From a bacterium (GTDB taxonomy: Bacteria; Orphanbacterota; Orphanbacteria; Orphanbacterales; Orphanbacteraceae), in contig JALGYY010000048.1 of assembly GCA_025782575.1 (NCBI GenBank), positions 13,182 to 77,181 of the forward strand: a stretch of 64,000 nt of DNA. Reading direction: 5' to 3'. The number at the start of each line of letters is the position of its first letter. Position 1 is the stretch's first letter. This document shows, in pieces, positions 62,281-64,000 of the stretch. The notes beneath the pieces were generated by a model. The model did no database searches and was not told the DNA's origin. It worked only from the letters and a program-made list of their open reading frames with translations. The translations under genes were made by a program, and so were the position numbers.

Positions 62281-63198
62281 CTATAGACTCGGTAGATTTT
62301 CACGCGGCTGATAGTCGCAATCGATCCTCATGTACTTTCCGTCCATGATTCTACGAACGATGATCCGCGCATGATGATCGTCGAACATCCGGCTCGTGCC
62401 GTTCGTGTTCCAGACGAAAACCACAGACCCCCGCTCGATCTCGATTCGGTCCGCCGCCGGATCCAAAACATGGCCGACAAGGATTCCGTCGCTATCAAAG
62501 GGTGGATCGTTGAATTCGTCGTCTTTCGTGCCTTTCATAATTCGAAGCGATCCGCCATCATTCCGGGACTGGAACAGAAGATACTGCTTGTTCTCGTCCC
62601 GGTCGTACACGTATCCCAGACGATCGTGGGTTATTACCGGATAGTTCTCGGTTTCTTCCGTGTCGCCGATGAGATAGAAGGAATAAGTTGCACGTGACGC
62701 ATCACGAACAGTGATACCGCTGATTCGGGCGTAGGGGTAGTCGGTGATTGTATCGGAGGTGACACTTTCGTGGCCGTTTTGAATCGCGGTTACATACACT
62801 TTGTATGCTTCGCCCGGTATCAAAGGCGCCACAACCACTTCCATGTGTGTATCAGAGAGGGAATTCGTCGCAGCAATACGGGGCCAGGGAGCGTCGAGCT
62901 CGTTCCGAATAACAAGGTCCTCGGTCGGTGCGAAATAGGAATCGCGCTTACTCCACACGTAGACTTTGTATCCCGATGTAAAAAGACCCGGATTGACGCC
63001 ATCGACATGATTCCATGCGATTCGGATCCCGAACGACTCCGTTCGCGTCCCTGTGATCACCGGCGCACCCGGCGTTCGATTGAGATCGATCGGCTGAACA
63101 GTGTCGGCACACCCGAAGAGTTGAAACACTGCCAAACCGCCAACAACCCAGAGGAAAAGAGTCTGGTATGGAAATCGCTTTCTCTCGTTGCGCTGCAT
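62281..63198 (-). CDS. Lipoprotein with Fn3-like domain
   Basis: RBS GAGGAGG; lipobox LFGC; W...GYKVY...LIPGEAYKVYVTA..GHES. Confidence 0.75.
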   Translation of the reverse strand: MQRNERKRFPYQTLFLWVVGGLAVFQLFGCADTVQPIDLNRTPGAPVITGTRTESFGIRIAWNHVDGVNPGLFTSGYKVYVWSKRDSYFAPTEDLVIRNELDAPWPRIAATNSLSDTHMEVVVAPLIPGEAYKVYVTAIQNGHESVTSDTITDYPYARISGITVRDASRATYSFYLIGDTEETENYPVITHDRLGYVYDRDENKQYLLFQSRNDGGSLRIMKGTKDDEFNDPPFDSDGILVGHVLDPAADRIEIERGSVVFVWNTNGTSRMFDDHHARIIVRRIMDGKYMRIDCDYQPRENLPSL

Positions 63199-63383
63199 TG
63201 ATCCGCCCCTCCTCGAGTTTGCTCTCAAAGGGATGACACGGACCAATTCGCGCCGATTAGCCCGCCTCAGCGAATTAGCTGCAGTTTTTTTTGTACTCCT
63301 CCCGCCGCCCCGTCTGTGCCTGGCCAAGAATCGCTCCCATATAGTATTCGGCTCTGTCTTTTAACTCTTCTCTTGACTCTGTC

Positions 63384-63914
63384 TCATTGACGCTGGACCG
63401 CTATACGTGCGCGCGCCGCACGTCGAAACAGCAACGCCGATCCGACCCACAGCACGGCGAAGAACCCAGTGAGTATCAACGTGAAGCCTAACCCGGCGAT
63501 CAGCGCGATCACACCGACCAACATCTGAGCGAGCGCCGTCGCAAATAACGCGCGTGCCATTCCATGAGGTTGGAAGCGCGCAATAATGGCACCGATGATT
63601 CCGACGGCGAGCACCCCGACATACATCAAGTTGGCGAGGTTGTCCTCAGACCCGATGATCCCAACGGCAAGATTCATCCAGACGAGGATGAGCGCTGTCG
63701 CCACTGCAACGCCGGTAGCGACTCGGTACGCGACAGTGCCCCCCTTCCTCGCTACCAACTGATATGTGAGTCCGGCGCCGAACAGGAGGACGCCGGCGAC
63801 AGCGAAATCGGCGAGATCCCAGACCACTTCATCGGTGATCTGCATCGCCAACAAGGGCAACAGCAATATGACTGCTGTCACGAGCGCAATGCGAATAATG
63901 TTTTTGTTTTGCAT
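63384..63914 (-). CDS. Conserved hypothetical membrane protein
   Basis: LLLPLLAMQITDEVVWDLADF...WMNLAVGIIGSEDN; RBS GAGG. Confidence 0.8.
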   Translation of the reverse strand: MQNKNIIRIALVTAVILLLPLLAMQITDEVVWDLADFAVAGVLLFGAGLTYQLVARKGGTVAYRVATGVAVATALILVWMNLAVGIIGSEDNLANLMYVGVLAVGIIGAIIARFQPHGMARALFATALAQMLVGVIALIAGLGFTLILTGFFAVLWVGSALLFRRAARARIAVQRQ

Positions 63915-64000
63915 TGTGACCTCTCTAAGAAGAGCAGTGAATGTTTCGACGAACATCCAGAGAGCACAACCGAACAATCTTCTTTCTTCCTCTGCGCGCT

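Noticed and set aside
1-64000. CRISPR arrays, IS elements, tRNA/rRNA, prophage
   Set aside because: No regularly spaced repeats, transposase/integrase motifs or structural RNA signatures were seen by eye.

Overview
GC-rich bacterial window with no rRNA, tRNA, CRISPR, transposase or integrase visible. It is dominated by secreted proteins carrying either a FlgD_ig/T9SS-like C-terminal domain (PNPFNP...G(V/I/A)YF; 6 copies) or a short C-terminal '(T/S)WGxxKx(L/M)FR-stop' tag (5 copies). This signature points to an FCB-group candidate lineage such as Eisenbacteria, Krumholzibacteriota or Latescibacterota (inference). Main contents: (i) a 7-gene minus-strand respiratory operon encoding a tetrahaem class-I cytochrome c, a Tat-exported nitrate-reductase-like molybdoenzyme with assimilatory-type motifs, NapG/NapH/NapF-like proteins and two extra proteins; (ii) an ECF sigma/FecR pair, MarR-DinB, a spondin lipoprotein and a Ni permease; (iii) three signal-peptide-less helical proteins resembling type III secretion substrates; (iv) an MBOAT/SGNH/methyltransferase/ATP-grasp surface-modification block; (v) an SQR-like flavoprotein; (vi) about 8 disrupted genes. 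The strongest candidate for an undescribed system is the short WG..K..FR tag, which is interchangeable with the CTD on paralogous beta-helix passengers that also share a promoter/leader motif. All annotations come from motif reading; no database searches were run.
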